Below are positions 28,158 to 38,852 of a stretch of 64,000 nucleotides of DNA, one piece after another (positions within the stretch are counted from its first letter, which is position 1; each line of letters begins with the position of its first letter). The stretch covers positions 1,728,001-1,792,000 of the forward strand of contig OZ244960.1 in assembly GCA_965222605.1 (NCBI GenBank), given 5' to 3'. A program made the translations under genes and the position numbers. A model generated the notes under the pieces. The model was not told where the DNA came from, searched no databases, and was given only the letters and a program-made list of their open reading frames with translations. The DNA comes from Candidatus Latescibacterota bacterium. GTDB lineage: Bacteria > Latescibacterota > UBA2968.

Positions 28158-29110
28158 TAGATTATACAAACGTCCCTTATTTGTTGCGTCAATAGCATTT
28201 CGTGCGTCTCCAACCCGTGCATAGCTCCTGACTCGATAAAATACAGCCCATATGCGAGGGCAATCCCCACGAGGAACGACACAGTGAGCTTGGCGCGATC
28301 ATGACTGTGGAAATGGATCTCCGGCAGCAGATCGCTCAGGGAAATACACAGAAACGCGCCGGCTGCCAGGACCAGCACATAACCGACCACCTGCTCCTCC
28401 CACTGCCCCAGGAACCCAATCCCCAAAAAAGTCAACAAGGCCACCACCGGGCAGAGCATGGCGAATCCGATATTAACTGCCATACGAGTACGGACGCTAT
28501 GGCCAGCGGCCTGCAACAAACCGATAATGGAAAACGCGTCGAGTGGCTTGTGCAAAAGAATCGCAAGAAACACCCCCAGTCCTGCTAAACCGGCTTCGCC
28601 CCCATGTATTTCACCAACCCGAATGCTGGTACCCAGGGCGATGCCCTCGGTCACCGTATGCAGTCCCAGACCCAGGCCGATGCCCATCAACCTACTCTCG
28701 GAACTGCCGTGGGCATGATCGTGCGCATGCTCGTGGAGGAAATCACCGACCTCGTCGCTGAAGTCGTGCTGATGAAAGTGAAAGATACGCAGCAACAACA
28801 CCATCAGTATGATGCCGAGCATCATCAATCCCACGGCTTTTTCGACAGCACCTGGCTCGGGAATCAAAACCAGGCCGTGTGGCAGGAGATGATACAGAGC
28901 GACGCCAAGTATAAAACCCGCGACAAAACTCATCACTATCTGGATGCGCGTATGCGTCATGGTAACAATTGCCGGCAGATGTCCACCGAGCAAAGACGCG
29001 GCAATAATAGCGACGGAGTATCCTATGAAAAGTGGTAGAAAATTCGAATCCAAGTGGTTTAAACCTGAATTAAGCTCAAATGATCTGAGCTGGGTTGGGA
29101 TATATGTCAA
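28157..29110 (-). CDS. ZIP-family divalent metal transporter
   Basis: His-rich loop, LHTVTEG, HKPLD, DLLPE. Start uncertain. Confidence 0.88.
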   Translation of the reverse strand: MTYIPTQLRSFELNSGLNHLDSNFLPLFIGYSVAIIAASLLGGHLPAIVTMTHTRIQIVMSFVAGFILGVALYHLLPHGLVLIPEPGAVEKAVGLMMLGIILMVLLLRIFHFHQHDFSDEVGDFLHEHAHDHAHGSSESRLMGIGLGLGLHTVTEGIALGTSIRVGEIHGGEAGLAGLGVFLAILLHKPLDAFSIIGLLQAAGHSVRTRMAVNIGFAMLCPVVALLTFLGIGFLGQWEEQVVGYVLVLAAGAFLCISLSDLLPEIHFHSHDRAKLTVSFLVGIALAYGLYFIESGAMHGLETHEMLLTQQIRDVCII

Positions 29111-30408
29111 AGCTTGAACAGGGGGCGGAGATTAAACAGCAGATCCTCATAGCCGCTCTTAAAAGCACCTGCGCGGAATCGCCAGACGATCAGGGCGATC
29201 AGGGCAAAGGCACTACCCCATTGTATGAGCTGAATGGTCGTTGACTCCGAGGGACCGAGATACAGGGGAACCGTCACGTCGATGGCGAAAAGCAGAATAT
29301 CAATTGTGATACCCAGAACGACAGTCACTGCAATCACTGCTGAGACATAGATGGATGCAAAGCGTGACCCGAACTGGCTGACGATGATCGCAATAGTACC
29401 CGTGTTAGTCGCCGGTCCAGTCATGAGAAAAATCATCGCCGCTCCAGGGCTGAATCCCTTGGCGACCAGCGCGGCGGCTATTGGAGTACTCGCGGACGCG
29501 CAGATATAAAGAGGTACACCAACCAGCACCATGACGGGGTAGGACAACCAGCGCGCATACTCATTTGACATCAGATCGCTCGGAATTACCAGGTAGAGTA
29601 CGCCGCCCAGTGCGACGCCCACGAGCAGCGCAAACAGAATATCGTCCGCTATTTCGACAAAGCCATAGCGGAAAATATGCCTGACGACTTTTTTAAAAGT
29701 CAGATCGTCCGCAGAAATTTGTTTGTCGTCGGCTCGAACCATATCGCGTTTGTTATAACCGATCGCGCCGGTGATCATCCTCATCCAGCTAAAAAATAAC
29801 GCCTTCAGTTGTGAGGGACTAACGTAGCAATCGTCGCTTCCAGGCACCAGAGCTTCGTGCCCATGGTCGTGGTCACAGTCATGGTCGTGATCATGGTCGT
29901 GATCGTGCTCTTTTGCCCTGGCCTCGTCGCTGTCATCTCTTATGAGGCCGATACAAAAGATACCAGCTACCACCGCGGTAATAAAGCTGATGAAGGGCCT
30001 GACAATAGCAGCGATGATTCCAAAGAACGCGTTCGTGACCAGAATCGAATCCGCACCTGTTTCCGGCGCCGTTATCAAGAAAGACATACAGGACGAACGG
30101 GACGCGCCCTTATTGCGCATCTCGGCAACTACTGGCACAACCGAGCAACTACAAAGAGGCACGGGCACGCCAACAGCCGCACTTGTGCTCACGGATTTCA
30201 AGCTATCTTCGCGCAACCATCGCAGAATAGCCTCACGCGAAATAAAAACATGAATCAGACCAGAAAGAAATAGCCCCAGAATTAGCATAGGTGCTAATAA
30301 CAGAAACGACATCAAAAGAAAATCAAAGAAACTGGTCAATATTTGTATTAAGCCAATACTTGTACTAATTGGAGAATCAATAGCCCTCACCCCTCTGATG
30401 GGAAGCAT
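29107..30408 (-). CDS. DUF318/SO_0444-type metal permease
   Basis: PLCSCSVVP, PETGADS, (HD)n loop, PLYICASASTP, GPATN. Start uncertain. Confidence 0.85.
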   Translation of the reverse strand: MLPIRGVRAIDSPISTSIGLIQILTSFFDFLLMSFLLLAPMLILGLFLSGLIHVFISREAILRWLREDSLKSVSTSAAVGVPVPLCSCSVVPVVAEMRNKGASRSSCMSFLITAPETGADSILVTNAFFGIIAAIVRPFISFITAVVAGIFCIGLIRDDSDEARAKEHDHDHDHDHDCDHDHGHEALVPGSDDCYVSPSQLKALFFSWMRMITGAIGYNKRDMVRADDKQISADDLTFKKVVRHIFRYGFVEIADDILFALLVGVALGGVLYLVIPSDLMSNEYARWLSYPVMVLVGVPLYICASASTPIAAALVAKGFSPGAAMIFLMTGPATNTGTIAIIVSQFGSRFASIYVSAVIAVTVVLGITIDILLFAIDVTVPLYLGPSESTTIQLIQWGSAFALIALIVWRFRAGAFKSGYEDLLFNLRPLFKL

Positions 30409-30486
30409 AATGTTTTGATCACATATAATAATAATTCGGATTATAAGGTAATATCCCCACACTGCAAGAGCAAAATATAACAGCGT

Positions 30487-33400
30487 TTACTGCCGTCGCG
30501 TTTCGATCCACTCGTAGATCACCGGCAGCAGCACGAGTGTCAGCAAAGTCGAAGTGATCAAACCACCGACCACCACCGAAGCGAGCGGACGCTGCGTTTC
30601 AGCACCAACACCCGTCGCCAACAACAAGGGCACCAATCCGAGAATGGACGTACTCGCGGTCATCAAAACTGGACGCAAACGCAACTCCGCCCCCCGTCGC
30701 ACAGCCTCTGCGACACCGAGTCCTTTTTCCCGCAACCCATTGATAAAACTCACCAGCACAATGCCATTCAACATCGCCACGCCAAACACCGCGATAAATC
30801 CAATCGCCGAAGGCACGGACACGTATTGTCCACTGATAAAAAGAACTACCATCCCTCCAATTGTCGCAAACGGCACATTGGCGATAATCAGCGCGGCGTA
30901 CTTAACCGAATTAAATGCAGTGTAGAGCAACACAAAAATAAAAAAGATCGTCAATGGCACGATCACCGACAAACGCGCCAACGCCCGCTGTTGATTCTCG
31001 AACGCACCACCCCACTCGATCCAATAGCCCGGAGGCAAGTCAATCTGTGCATCAATAGCCGCATTGGCATCGCGCACAAAACCATCGACATCGCGCCCCC
31101 GAACATCCATCTGGATCACTGCGTAACGCTGCAATTGCTCGCGACGCACAAAAGAGTAGCCTTCCGCAACGCTGACATCTGCAACAGTCGCGAGTGGCAC
31201 AATCGCACCATCGCTTGTTTTCAATGGAATGCGCTGAATCGACTGCACTGACGCTTTTGATCGGTCATCGAATCGCGCCGTAATATCGAAGCGGCGTACG
31301 CCGTCAATCAAAGTCGAGACCGGCTCATTGCCGATGCCGGTTCGGACAACGGACAACACATCGTCTGCATTCACCCCAAACCGAGCGAGTTGATCGCGTT
31401 TGACCTGAATGCGGATCTGTGGCTTGCCGACATTGGCCTCAAGCGATAGATCTGCCACACCCTCAACTTCGGCAATGACGTCTTTGACTTCCTCGCTCAA
31501 CCGATCGAGCACTGTTAGGTCCTCACCGTAAATCTTGGCGGCAAGCGTGGCGCGAACTCCTGAGATCAGTTCCTCTACGCGCATCTGAATCGGCTGAGTA
31601 AAAGCGATAACAGCCGTCGGTACCACCACTTCTAACTCCTCGCGCATAGCCTCAGCAAGGACCTGGATATCGCGGTCTCCAAGCCATTCGCTCTCGGGCT
31701 TGAGTGCCGTATAAATCTCCATGTAATTGGCGTCGGCGGTTTCGCCTTTCTCGGCACGACCGATCATTGCCACGGTGGTTTCAACCTCCGGGAATTTTGA
31801 CAGTGTGTTCTCGATATCCTTGGAAATCTCGATTGAATGTTGGAGCGAAGCCGAAGGTATCGAAGTCACGCGCCACATGATTGACCCTTCCTGCAGTTGC
31901 GGCATGAACTCTTTTCCGAGGAGGGGGAACAGCGCCATGCTCGCAACGAGCAAACCCACTGCACAGCCAACAACCACTTTTCTATTCGCCAATGACCAGG
32001 AGAGCAAGGATAGATAGCGCGGTTTAATAACTCGTATGAGCCATGTTTCGCGTTCTCTTTGCGGTTTTAATAACAAGGCCGCGAGCACGGGAATCAGCGT
32101 AAGCGCGAGCAATAAACTTCCACCCATGGCAAACGTGATATTAAACGCCATCGGCTTGAACAGCTTGCCCTCCAGTCCCTCGAGCGCGAACAAAGGCAAA
32201 AATACCACCATAATAATTAAGATGGCAAAGGTCACCGGATTCACGACTTCGCGGGCGGCAGCCAACACCGCAGCAGTGCGATTGACCTCTTCGTTCTCTG
32301 CCCTGCGTTCTGCCATGACGCGAAATGAATTCTCCACGACGACCACTGCTCCATCAACAATCATGCCAATACCAATAGCGAGGCCGGCAAGTGACATGAG
32401 GTTGGCTGAAAGGCCCGCTTCATCCATGAACACAAATGTAATGAGCATCGTGAGCGGAATAGAGACAATCACAACCACCGCTGGTCGCCATTCGCCGAGA
32501 AACAAAAACAGAATCACCCCCACCAGAATCGCGCCTTGAAATAATGCATTCGTAGCCGTACCCACTGCCTTTTCAACGAGATCGGTGCGCTCATAAACGG
32601 GTCGCAGGACGACGCCATCTGGCAGCGACTGATCGATAATGGCGACCTTTTCCTTCGTCGCTTCAACCACCCGGGCGGCATTCTCACCGATGCGCGAGAG
32701 CACCATACCGAGGACAACTTCCTTGCCATCGCGTGTCACGGCACCAAAACGGAGTGCCCCCCCCTGGCGGATTTCGGCGATATCGCGCAAATATACTGGC
32801 GCGCCGCCTTCAACCTTGACGACCATATCGCCGATGTCGCGCTCGTTTCTGACCAGGCCAAGGCCGCGCACGAGGTATTGCTCTGAGCCGAGATTGATGT
32901 ACTGACCGCCAACCTGGCGGTTGTTGGCCTCGATCACTTCCATGACATCGGTAAAGGTCAGATCGTATTTGAGAAGACTCAGGGGATCCATCACAACCTG
33001 AAATTGTCGCTCCTGGCCCCCCCATGAAATGACATCATCAACGCCAGGGGCAGTTCGCAAGATCAAACGCACGTTCCAGTCGTGCAGCGTCCGCAAGTCC
33101 ATGTCGGTAATCGCAGCGTTGAGCTTTTCGTCGGCACGCTCCAGTGTGTACCAGAAAACCTGACCGAGTCCTGACGAGTTGGGACCCATCTCTGGCGTGC
33201 CATAACCGTCTGGGATACGCTCCCCTACCTCCTGCAACCGCTCCATCACGAGACGTCGCGCGAAATAGATATCCATATCGTCTTCGAAATAGACGGCGAC
33301 GTAGGACAAGCCGAAGAGGCTCACAGAGCGGATCTTCTTCACCTTCGGCAACCCGGCCATGCCGGACTCAATGGGAAAAGTGAGAAGTTGCTCCACATCC

Positions 33401-33576
33401 TCAGCAGCAAGCCCAGGCGACTCGGTGTAGATATTGACCTGGGTGGGCGTAACATCTGGAAACGCATCAATCGGCACGGTTACAACCGCGCGCCAACCCA
33501 AAAAAGCCACGATTCCAAAGGCGATCAACACCAGGAATTTATAGCGCAGCGAAGCTTCTACCAGTGCTTCTAACAT
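30487..33576 (-). CDS. czcA: CzcA/CusA heavy-metal RND efflux pump
   Basis: IDAFPDVT, GMIVDGAVVVVEN, RLRPVLMTA. Confidence 0.92.
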   Translation of the reverse strand: MLEALVEASLRYKFLVLIAFGIVAFLGWRAVVTVPIDAFPDVTPTQVNIYTESPGLAAEDVEQLLTFPIESGMAGLPKVKKIRSVSLFGLSYVAVYFEDDMDIYFARRLVMERLQEVGERIPDGYGTPEMGPNSSGLGQVFWYTLERADEKLNAAITDMDLRTLHDWNVRLILRTAPGVDDVISWGGQERQFQVVMDPLSLLKYDLTFTDVMEVIEANNRQVGGQYINLGSEQYLVRGLGLVRNERDIGDMVVKVEGGAPVYLRDIAEIRQGGALRFGAVTRDGKEVVLGMVLSRIGENAARVVEATKEKVAIIDQSLPDGVVLRPVYERTDLVEKAVGTATNALFQGAILVGVILFLFLGEWRPAVVVIVSIPLTMLITFVFMDEAGLSANLMSLAGLAIGIGMIVDGAVVVVENSFRVMAERRAENEEVNRTAAVLAAAREVVNPVTFAILIIMVVFLPLFALEGLEGKLFKPMAFNITFAMGGSLLLALTLIPVLAALLLKPQRERETWLIRVIKPRYLSLLSWSLANRKVVVGCAVGLLVASMALFPLLGKEFMPQLQEGSIMWRVTSIPSASLQHSIEISKDIENTLSKFPEVETTVAMIGRAEKGETADANYMEIYTALKPESEWLGDRDIQVLAEAMREELEVVVPTAVIAFTQPIQMRVEELISGVRATLAAKIYGEDLTVLDRLSEEVKDVIAEVEGVADLSLEANVGKPQIRIQVKRDQLARFGVNADDVLSVVRTGIGNEPVSTLIDGVRRFDITARFDDRSKASVQSIQRIPLKTSDGAIVPLATVADVSVAEGYSFVRREQLQRYAVIQMDVRGRDVDGFVRDANAAIDAQIDLPPGYWIEWGGAFENQQRALARLSVIVPLTIFFIFVLLYTAFNSVKYAALIIANVPFATIGGMVVLFISGQYVSVPSAIGFIAVFGVAMLNGIVLVSFINGLREKGLGVAEAVRRGAELRLRPVLMTASTSILGLVPLLLATGVGAETQRPLASVVVGGLITSTLLTLVLLPVIYEWIETRRQ

Positions 33577-33585
33577 GCAGTTCTC

Positions 33586-34689
33586 CTAATGTACATGACC
33601 TGCGCCAAGCGAAGACTTGAGCATCAATGACTTGAGGTGGAAAACACCACTCACAGCAATCTCTTCACCTGCAATAAGCCCACCGCGAACGACCGTCCAC
33701 TCGCCCACCGTGGGACCGATCTCAATAGCCTCGGCATGGAACTCGTGTCCGTCCTCGATCTTGAATACAGTCGGTGAGCCTTTGATCATTATCAATGCCG
33801 CACTCGGCACAGCGAGTGCTGGTGCGCGCGTCCCGGTGACAACCTCTACTTCGACAAACTGACCCGAATGCAAGCGATGAGCTGTGTTGGGCACCTCAAT
33901 GCGCAAGCCCTGAGTTCGAACCTTTTCGTCGTGGTAGTGATGGCGTTGAATGACCGTGCCTTGAAACCAGTTGATACCATCGGGGCTGACCCGCACATTG
34001 GTGCCAGTATCTATGTCGGGTGACGTGGTCAGCACCATATGTGCTTCCACCCACATCACCGACTCGTCGCTGATATTGACGAGTATCCGGCCAGGCTCGA
34101 TCAATTCGCCGACAATGAAATCGTCCCGTAGCACCGTGCCCACCTGTGGAGCCAGTAAGTCGAAGGTACCGGTCGCCTTGCTGGCGTCTCCCGATTGCAT
34201 AAGCACCTCTGCCTGAGCCATGGTCATGCCGTAAGCCAGCACTTTGGCGAGGGCCTGTTGTTGTGCAACCTGCGCTTCGGTATAGCGCTGCTCAGACACG
34301 GCCTGCCGACCGAGAGTCTTGACGCGTTGCCAGTCGCGATTCGCGACAATTAATACCCCTTGCGCTTCAGCCATCTCAACACTCGAGAGCGCCACAAGGG
34401 GTTGACCGACTTCGACTTCATCGCCGAGTTTCGCATGACGCGCTACGACTTGTGCTGTGATGCGCGGGGTAACGAACACAGACCGGTAGGCGTTGATCAC
34501 GACCTCGCCCGGAATCCGCAAGGTCTCGTTGAGTGCGCGAGGTGCAACCGTACCGATAGCAATGCCCGCCGCACGTTGTTCTTTTGCGCTCATCTCGATT
34601 GCCGCACCTTCATGACTGGCCTCCTCGGCATATACCGGCTGGATCAGTGCCAACCCCAGACACACCGCCCAAAACTTTAACATTATCAT
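33586..34689 (-). CDS. czcB: RND periplasmic adaptor (CzcB-like)
   Basis: Signal peptide, lipoyl/hairpin domains, C-terminal GAGHVH; GGAGG RBS. Confidence 0.85.
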   Translation of the reverse strand: MIMLKFWAVCLGLALIQPVYAEEASHEGAAIEMSAKEQRAAGIAIGTVAPRALNETLRIPGEVVINAYRSVFVTPRITAQVVARHAKLGDEVEVGQPLVALSSVEMAEAQGVLIVANRDWQRVKTLGRQAVSEQRYTEAQVAQQQALAKVLAYGMTMAQAEVLMQSGDASKATGTFDLLAPQVGTVLRDDFIVGELIEPGRILVNISDESVMWVEAHMVLTTSPDIDTGTNVRVSPDGINWFQGTVIQRHHYHDEKVRTQGLRIEVPNTAHRLHSGQFVEVEVVTGTRAPALAVPSAALIMIKGSPTVFKIEDGHEFHAEAIEIGPTVGEWTVVRGGLIAGEEIAVSGVFHLKSLMLKSSLGAGHVH

Positions 34690-34726
34690 CAGGGGGCCTC
34701 CAATACGGTTCTTTGTGTGTTGTAAT

Positions 34727-35989
34727 TCATTCGCTTGCTCGACCAAGCCAGGCATCCACCTGACCCGATGCGCGGAGCCACTCGAACCAGGCCTGCCAGA
34801 CCTGCTCATGCAGATCGAGGGCACTTTCTCGTACGTCTATCGTCTGCCCCAATTGTCCAAAATAGTCGGCCATATCCATATCTCCGGCCTGCCAGAGTCG
34901 GCGCAATTGCTCTCTTTGTCGGTCCAGGCTTTTCCGCCCTGTCTGTTCCCACTCATCCCAGGCAGAGCGCGATAACTCGTAGCACTCTGCCGCACTGGTC
35001 AGAAAGGCCCGCGCCATCTGCACCGCATCATCGGCGAGTTGCTGTGCCCGATCGCGCTCTGCCCTGGCTGCGGTAACCTCATGCTTAAAGCGGTTCAGGA
35101 TCGGAAGCGAAAAGGACAGGCTCAAACCGATCAACTTTTCACCGTCTTCGTAGCCACCGGTGAGACTCAGTGTCGGGTCTGGGCGCCGTTCGCGTCGCTG
35201 CACTTCCACCAGGGCGTCAGCCGTATTGACCTGGTGTCGCGCGGCTACAACCTCGGGTAACGCCTGCACCAGGGATTGTGGATCAGTGCCTTGCTCAAGC
35301 ACCTCTGGTAGTTTTTCAGGAAGAAAAGGCCACTGCGCCTCGGGTGTGCGCGGGCCAAGGCTGTACACCGCTTGTCGCGCTTCGGCCAAATCCGCAGCTG
35401 CCATAGCTTTTTGAATGCGCGCCTCTGTCAAGGCAAGGAGAGCCTGATCGAGTTCCACCAAATCTAACTCACCGACCTCAAACCGACGCTGCGCCAACGT
35501 CGCAAACTCCTCCATCAACTGCTGACGCAACTCGGCCAGGCGATCGCGTTCAACGCCAGTCTGGTATTGCGCGAGACCATTGAGCAAATCTACCGCGACC
35601 GCCCATCGGGCAGTCAGATATTCCATCTCAGCAACGAGACGGTCTAATTCCGCCACCGCGGTACGCGCCTTGCGTTTGCCACCCCAGTCCAGCGTCTGAC
35701 TGATCGCGAGTGTGCGCGTCTTGGCTGCTGCATTCTCAGCGTCGAGTGAAAACTCGGGATTGTAGAGCGGGCGCGACGCGGCATCTCTAAGCGCACTGCT
35801 CGCTTCTAAACCCGCGCGTGCCGCCTGCACGCGGTGATTGGAATCGACAACAGCTTGCACAAAACGCGTTAACGCGACACTGGCCCGGGCATTTCCCAGT
35901 ACCGTTGTCTCGGCGACCAGTGTCGTCCATGACATCAATATCAGGCCACACAATACGAAGGCGTGTCGATAACATAGTTTTGGCATCAA
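34727..35989 (-). CDS. czcC: TolC-family outer membrane factor (CzcC-like)
   Basis: Signal peptide, ISQTLDWGGKR, LSFSLP; first gene of the CBA operon. Confidence 0.85.
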   Translation of the reverse strand: MMPKLCYRHAFVLCGLILMSWTTLVAETTVLGNARASVALTRFVQAVVDSNHRVQAARAGLEASSALRDAASRPLYNPEFSLDAENAAAKTRTLAISQTLDWGGKRKARTAVAELDRLVAEMEYLTARWAVAVDLLNGLAQYQTGVERDRLAELRQQLMEEFATLAQRRFEVGELDLVELDQALLALTEARIQKAMAAADLAEARQAVYSLGPRTPEAQWPFLPEKLPEVLEQGTDPQSLVQALPEVVAARHQVNTADALVEVQRRERRPDPTLSLTGGYEDGEKLIGLSLSFSLPILNRFKHEVTAARAERDRAQQLADDAVQMARAFLTSAAECYELSRSAWDEWEQTGRKSLDRQREQLRRLWQAGDMDMADYFGQLGQTIDVRESALDLHEQVWQAWFEWLRASGQVDAWLGRASE

Positions 35990-36091
35990 TCATCCTCCTA
36001 ATGGTGACAATCAAAATTCCCTGCGAATCAGCGCAACATATAATTATATACCCAAACCACACCCAAGTGTCTATTAACAATTTGTTAAAAA

Positions 36092-37474
36092 TTAAATCTG
36101 GTGCTTTTTCCAATCGCCCTGGGCGAATTTGCGAACGGTAAGTGCGCCCTGTACAATACTGTAAACAATGAGCGCGGCCCATATACCATAGATATCAAAC
36201 CCAAGTATAAATCCCAGAACATAAGCGACGGGCAGGCGAACGAGCCATTGGGCAATCAGAGTATAATACATCGGAGGCATCGTATCGCCGGCACCTCTGA
36301 GACTACCGCTACTCGTATTGGCCGCACACAAAAATGGTTCGGCAATAACCATCGCGTAAAGGTAAATAACACCGGTGCTGATCACCTCTGGTGCATCGGT
36401 GAATATCGACATAAAAGATCCCGCAAACAGCACGGCGGGCAGCGACAGGGCGATATTGGTCACAACTGAAATAAAGAGAATAGTCCAACCGTGGCGCTCT
36501 GCACCTGCGGGATCTTTCGCCCCCAAATGCTGCCCCACCATGGCCGTTGCAACCGTGCCATAAGACAGCCCGGTTCGCCGCAAAATGTGTTCCACTTGAT
36601 TCCCAATGGTATAAGCTGCAACCGCAGTTGTAGATAATGCGGACATTGCAATGAGTTTAAAATAAACCAGCCCTGAGCCGTTGCGCAAAATGCCTTGCAG
36701 GCCAGAAGGCACGCCAATTTTGAGGATGCGGCGCGCAACACCCCAGTTAAATCGGTAAGATGTATCGGGCAAAAGTGTGAGTGCAAAACGCCCGCTATAA
36801 AGACACCCAAGTCCTATCAACGTTGCCGCACTGCGCCCCAAAAGACCACCCACAGCAGCCCCCACAACGCCCAATTCTGGCAAACCCCAATGACCAAAGA
36901 TGAGGAGATAACACATTACAATTTGAATGCTACTACTGATCAAGCTCAAATAAAAGGGCGTGCGCGTATCCCCAGCACCCTGAAAGCAACTCGCAATAGC
37001 GCGATTCAGCGTCATAAAAGGAACGCCGACAAAGAAAACCTGTAAATACGGCGTACCCAAAGCTGCCACCTCGGGATCAGAGGTCATCATCGGAATCAAA
37101 AAAGGCGACAGAATCAAACTGCCCAGACCAAAAACGATACTAAACAAAAAAAGCAGGGAAAACGCCTGCTTCGTCGCTGCACTGGCTTCGCGCATAGAAT
37201 CTGCGCCAATCGCCTGTGCGACCATCGTGAGTGCGCCTCTCGAAATAGACATCATCGCGGTAAAGAGAACGCGCGTAAACGCCTGGGCAATACCCACCGC
37301 AGAAAGAGCGACAGGACCGAGCATCCCAATCAAAATGAGTTGAATCATGAGTACAACACTCTCGATCTGGCCTCCCAGAGCAACCGGGATGGTCATTCCA
37401 AGGACCTTTCCTGTTAGCGAAAGATCGACTTTGCGCTCGGTGGATTCTATTGTCGTTTCGAGTGGTTTGGACAT
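36092..37474 (-). CDS. MATE-family efflux transporter
   Basis: About 12 TM segments, GAGDTRTP, LPELGVVGAA, GAGDTMPP. Confidence 0.9.
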   Translation of the reverse strand: MSKPLETTIESTERKVDLSLTGKVLGMTIPVALGGQIESVVLMIQLILIGMLGPVALSAVGIAQAFTRVLFTAMMSISRGALTMVAQAIGADSMREASAATKQAFSLLFLFSIVFGLGSLILSPFLIPMMTSDPEVAALGTPYLQVFFVGVPFMTLNRAIASCFQGAGDTRTPFYLSLISSSIQIVMCYLLIFGHWGLPELGVVGAAVGGLLGRSAATLIGLGCLYSGRFALTLLPDTSYRFNWGVARRILKIGVPSGLQGILRNGSGLVYFKLIAMSALSTTAVAAYTIGNQVEHILRRTGLSYGTVATAMVGQHLGAKDPAGAERHGWTILFISVVTNIALSLPAVLFAGSFMSIFTDAPEVISTGVIYLYAMVIAEPFLCAANTSSGSLRGAGDTMPPMYYTLIAQWLVRLPVAYVLGFILGFDIYGIWAALIVYSIVQGALTVRKFAQGDWKKHQI

Positions 37475-37499
37475 GAAATTAAAAGATCTTCGGGAATAC

Positions 37500-37966
37500 C
37501 CTGTCCCAAGCGAGGATGCCGGGAACGGCCTGACTGTTGAGAATAGACGAGATCGCGCTGTGGGAGAGAAATGTGTCTGGCGTAGCGAGTGCAAAGATCA
37601 AAAAAATAACGGAAAAACCCGCTGCGGCGCCAGCTTCTGGAGAGCGCGCAAGGCGGGTGCGCGCACCACGCTCTCTCGGATAGCTTCGGGATCCGGGCAC
37701 GTAATGCCAATGCCATTGACCTTATTTGCAATAGCGTCATCGAGAAAATTGGGCATATCCGCAATTGAAAATGTGGGATTACTCAGCCATTGCACATCGA
37801 CATCATAGCGCTTGGCCGCATCTTCCATACCCTTGATCACGACATTCCAGAATGGATTTCCCGGTCCACCATGCGTGACAAAAGCAAATTTGTAGCGTTC
37901 CTGAGCGATTGCGGGATGCAGGCAAGAGAAGACAAAAAAAAGCGCGAGAACATAGCGAATAATCAT
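37500..37966 (-). pseudogene. Collapsed sugar ABC operon: truncated substrate-binding protein joined to a permease fragment
   Basis: SBP N-terminus (FVTHGGPGNPFWNVV...DPEAIRESVVRA) ends near 37658. Another frame then reads RLARSPEAGAAAGFSVIFLIFALATPDTFLS...AVPGILA, a RbsC-like permease start. Confidence 0.7.
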
Positions 37967-38018
37967 TGAGAACTCCTATCTCGAAATGATGGCTTCGCAA
38001 GATACACGCCCAAAAAGA

Positions 38019-38699
38019 TCAAGTCAAGCCAGACAAGCAGGCATGCGTGTATGGTAGGGGATCTATGCCCGTAGCGAGTTTTGTAGCGCGTGCATGGGCG
38101 AGAAGAAAATCGAGTTCCTCTGGCGTATCCACATCAAACCAGGGGGGAACGAGACCGAGCGTACGTCCAGCACGCTGAACCCTGTCAATGGTTTGCGACA
38201 GAACGCTGGGAGTGCTCCATTCCACATCCTCGAAAATTTCCGGCGTAGATCTCGAGACACCGACGAGATAGTATCCGCCATCCGTACTCGGACCTAAAAC
38301 AACATCCTTTGTACGCAACAGATCGAATGCCTGTGTAATATGGTGGGCTGGAAGAGAAGGGATATCCGTCCCAATGAGAACGACCGCTGATGCACCTGCG
38401 TCGAGTTGTTGAACAAGAGCTTCTCGCATGCGCGCACCGAGATCATCCTGCACCTGGGGAACGTACTGCCATTGCGCCTTCACCCCCCCACCAAAAAGTG
38501 CGCGAACCTCGAACTCTGCATCGGGCGGATCAAAAGCGATCACCCGTCTATCGACATCAATACTCTCTGTCCGCGCCAACACATCGCGCACAAACGCGGC
38601 GTACAGGGCTGCAACCTGTTCTGGTGCATAGCGCGTCTGCAAGCGGGTTTTGACTGATCCGGGAATTGGATTTTTGACAAAGACGATGAGGGCTGTCAT
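38019..38699 (-). CDS. DUF2064/TIGR04282-family glycosyltransferase-like protein
   Basis: KNPIPGSVKTRL, IGTDIP, VLGPSTDGGYYL, WFDVDTPEEL. Confidence 0.88.
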   Translation of the reverse strand: MTALIVFVKNPIPGSVKTRLQTRYAPEQVAALYAAFVRDVLARTESIDVDRRVIAFDPPDAEFEVRALFGGGVKAQWQYVPQVQDDLGARMREALVQQLDAGASAVVLIGTDIPSLPAHHITQAFDLLRTKDVVLGPSTDGGYYLVGVSRSTPEIFEDVEWSTPSVLSQTIDRVQRAGRTLGLVPPWFDVDTPEELDFLLAHARATKLATGIDPLPYTHACLSGLT

Positions 38700-38852
38700 A
38701 TAAGAGTTGATAGACTGTTTACGCAAACATCAAATTTGTGTATCATAAAAAAGCTAATAAATGACATAGTACCGGAAAATGATCTAAAAATCAAAGGGAA
38801 TTATATACAAGGTAATCCTACACGTATTAATCCTTCAAAGAATGGAGAATCT

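Noticed and set aside
38019-38699. Arsenosugar biosynthesis cluster
   Set aside because: Only the DUF2064 gene is present; no arsM, arsS or partner glycosyltransferase is adjacent.
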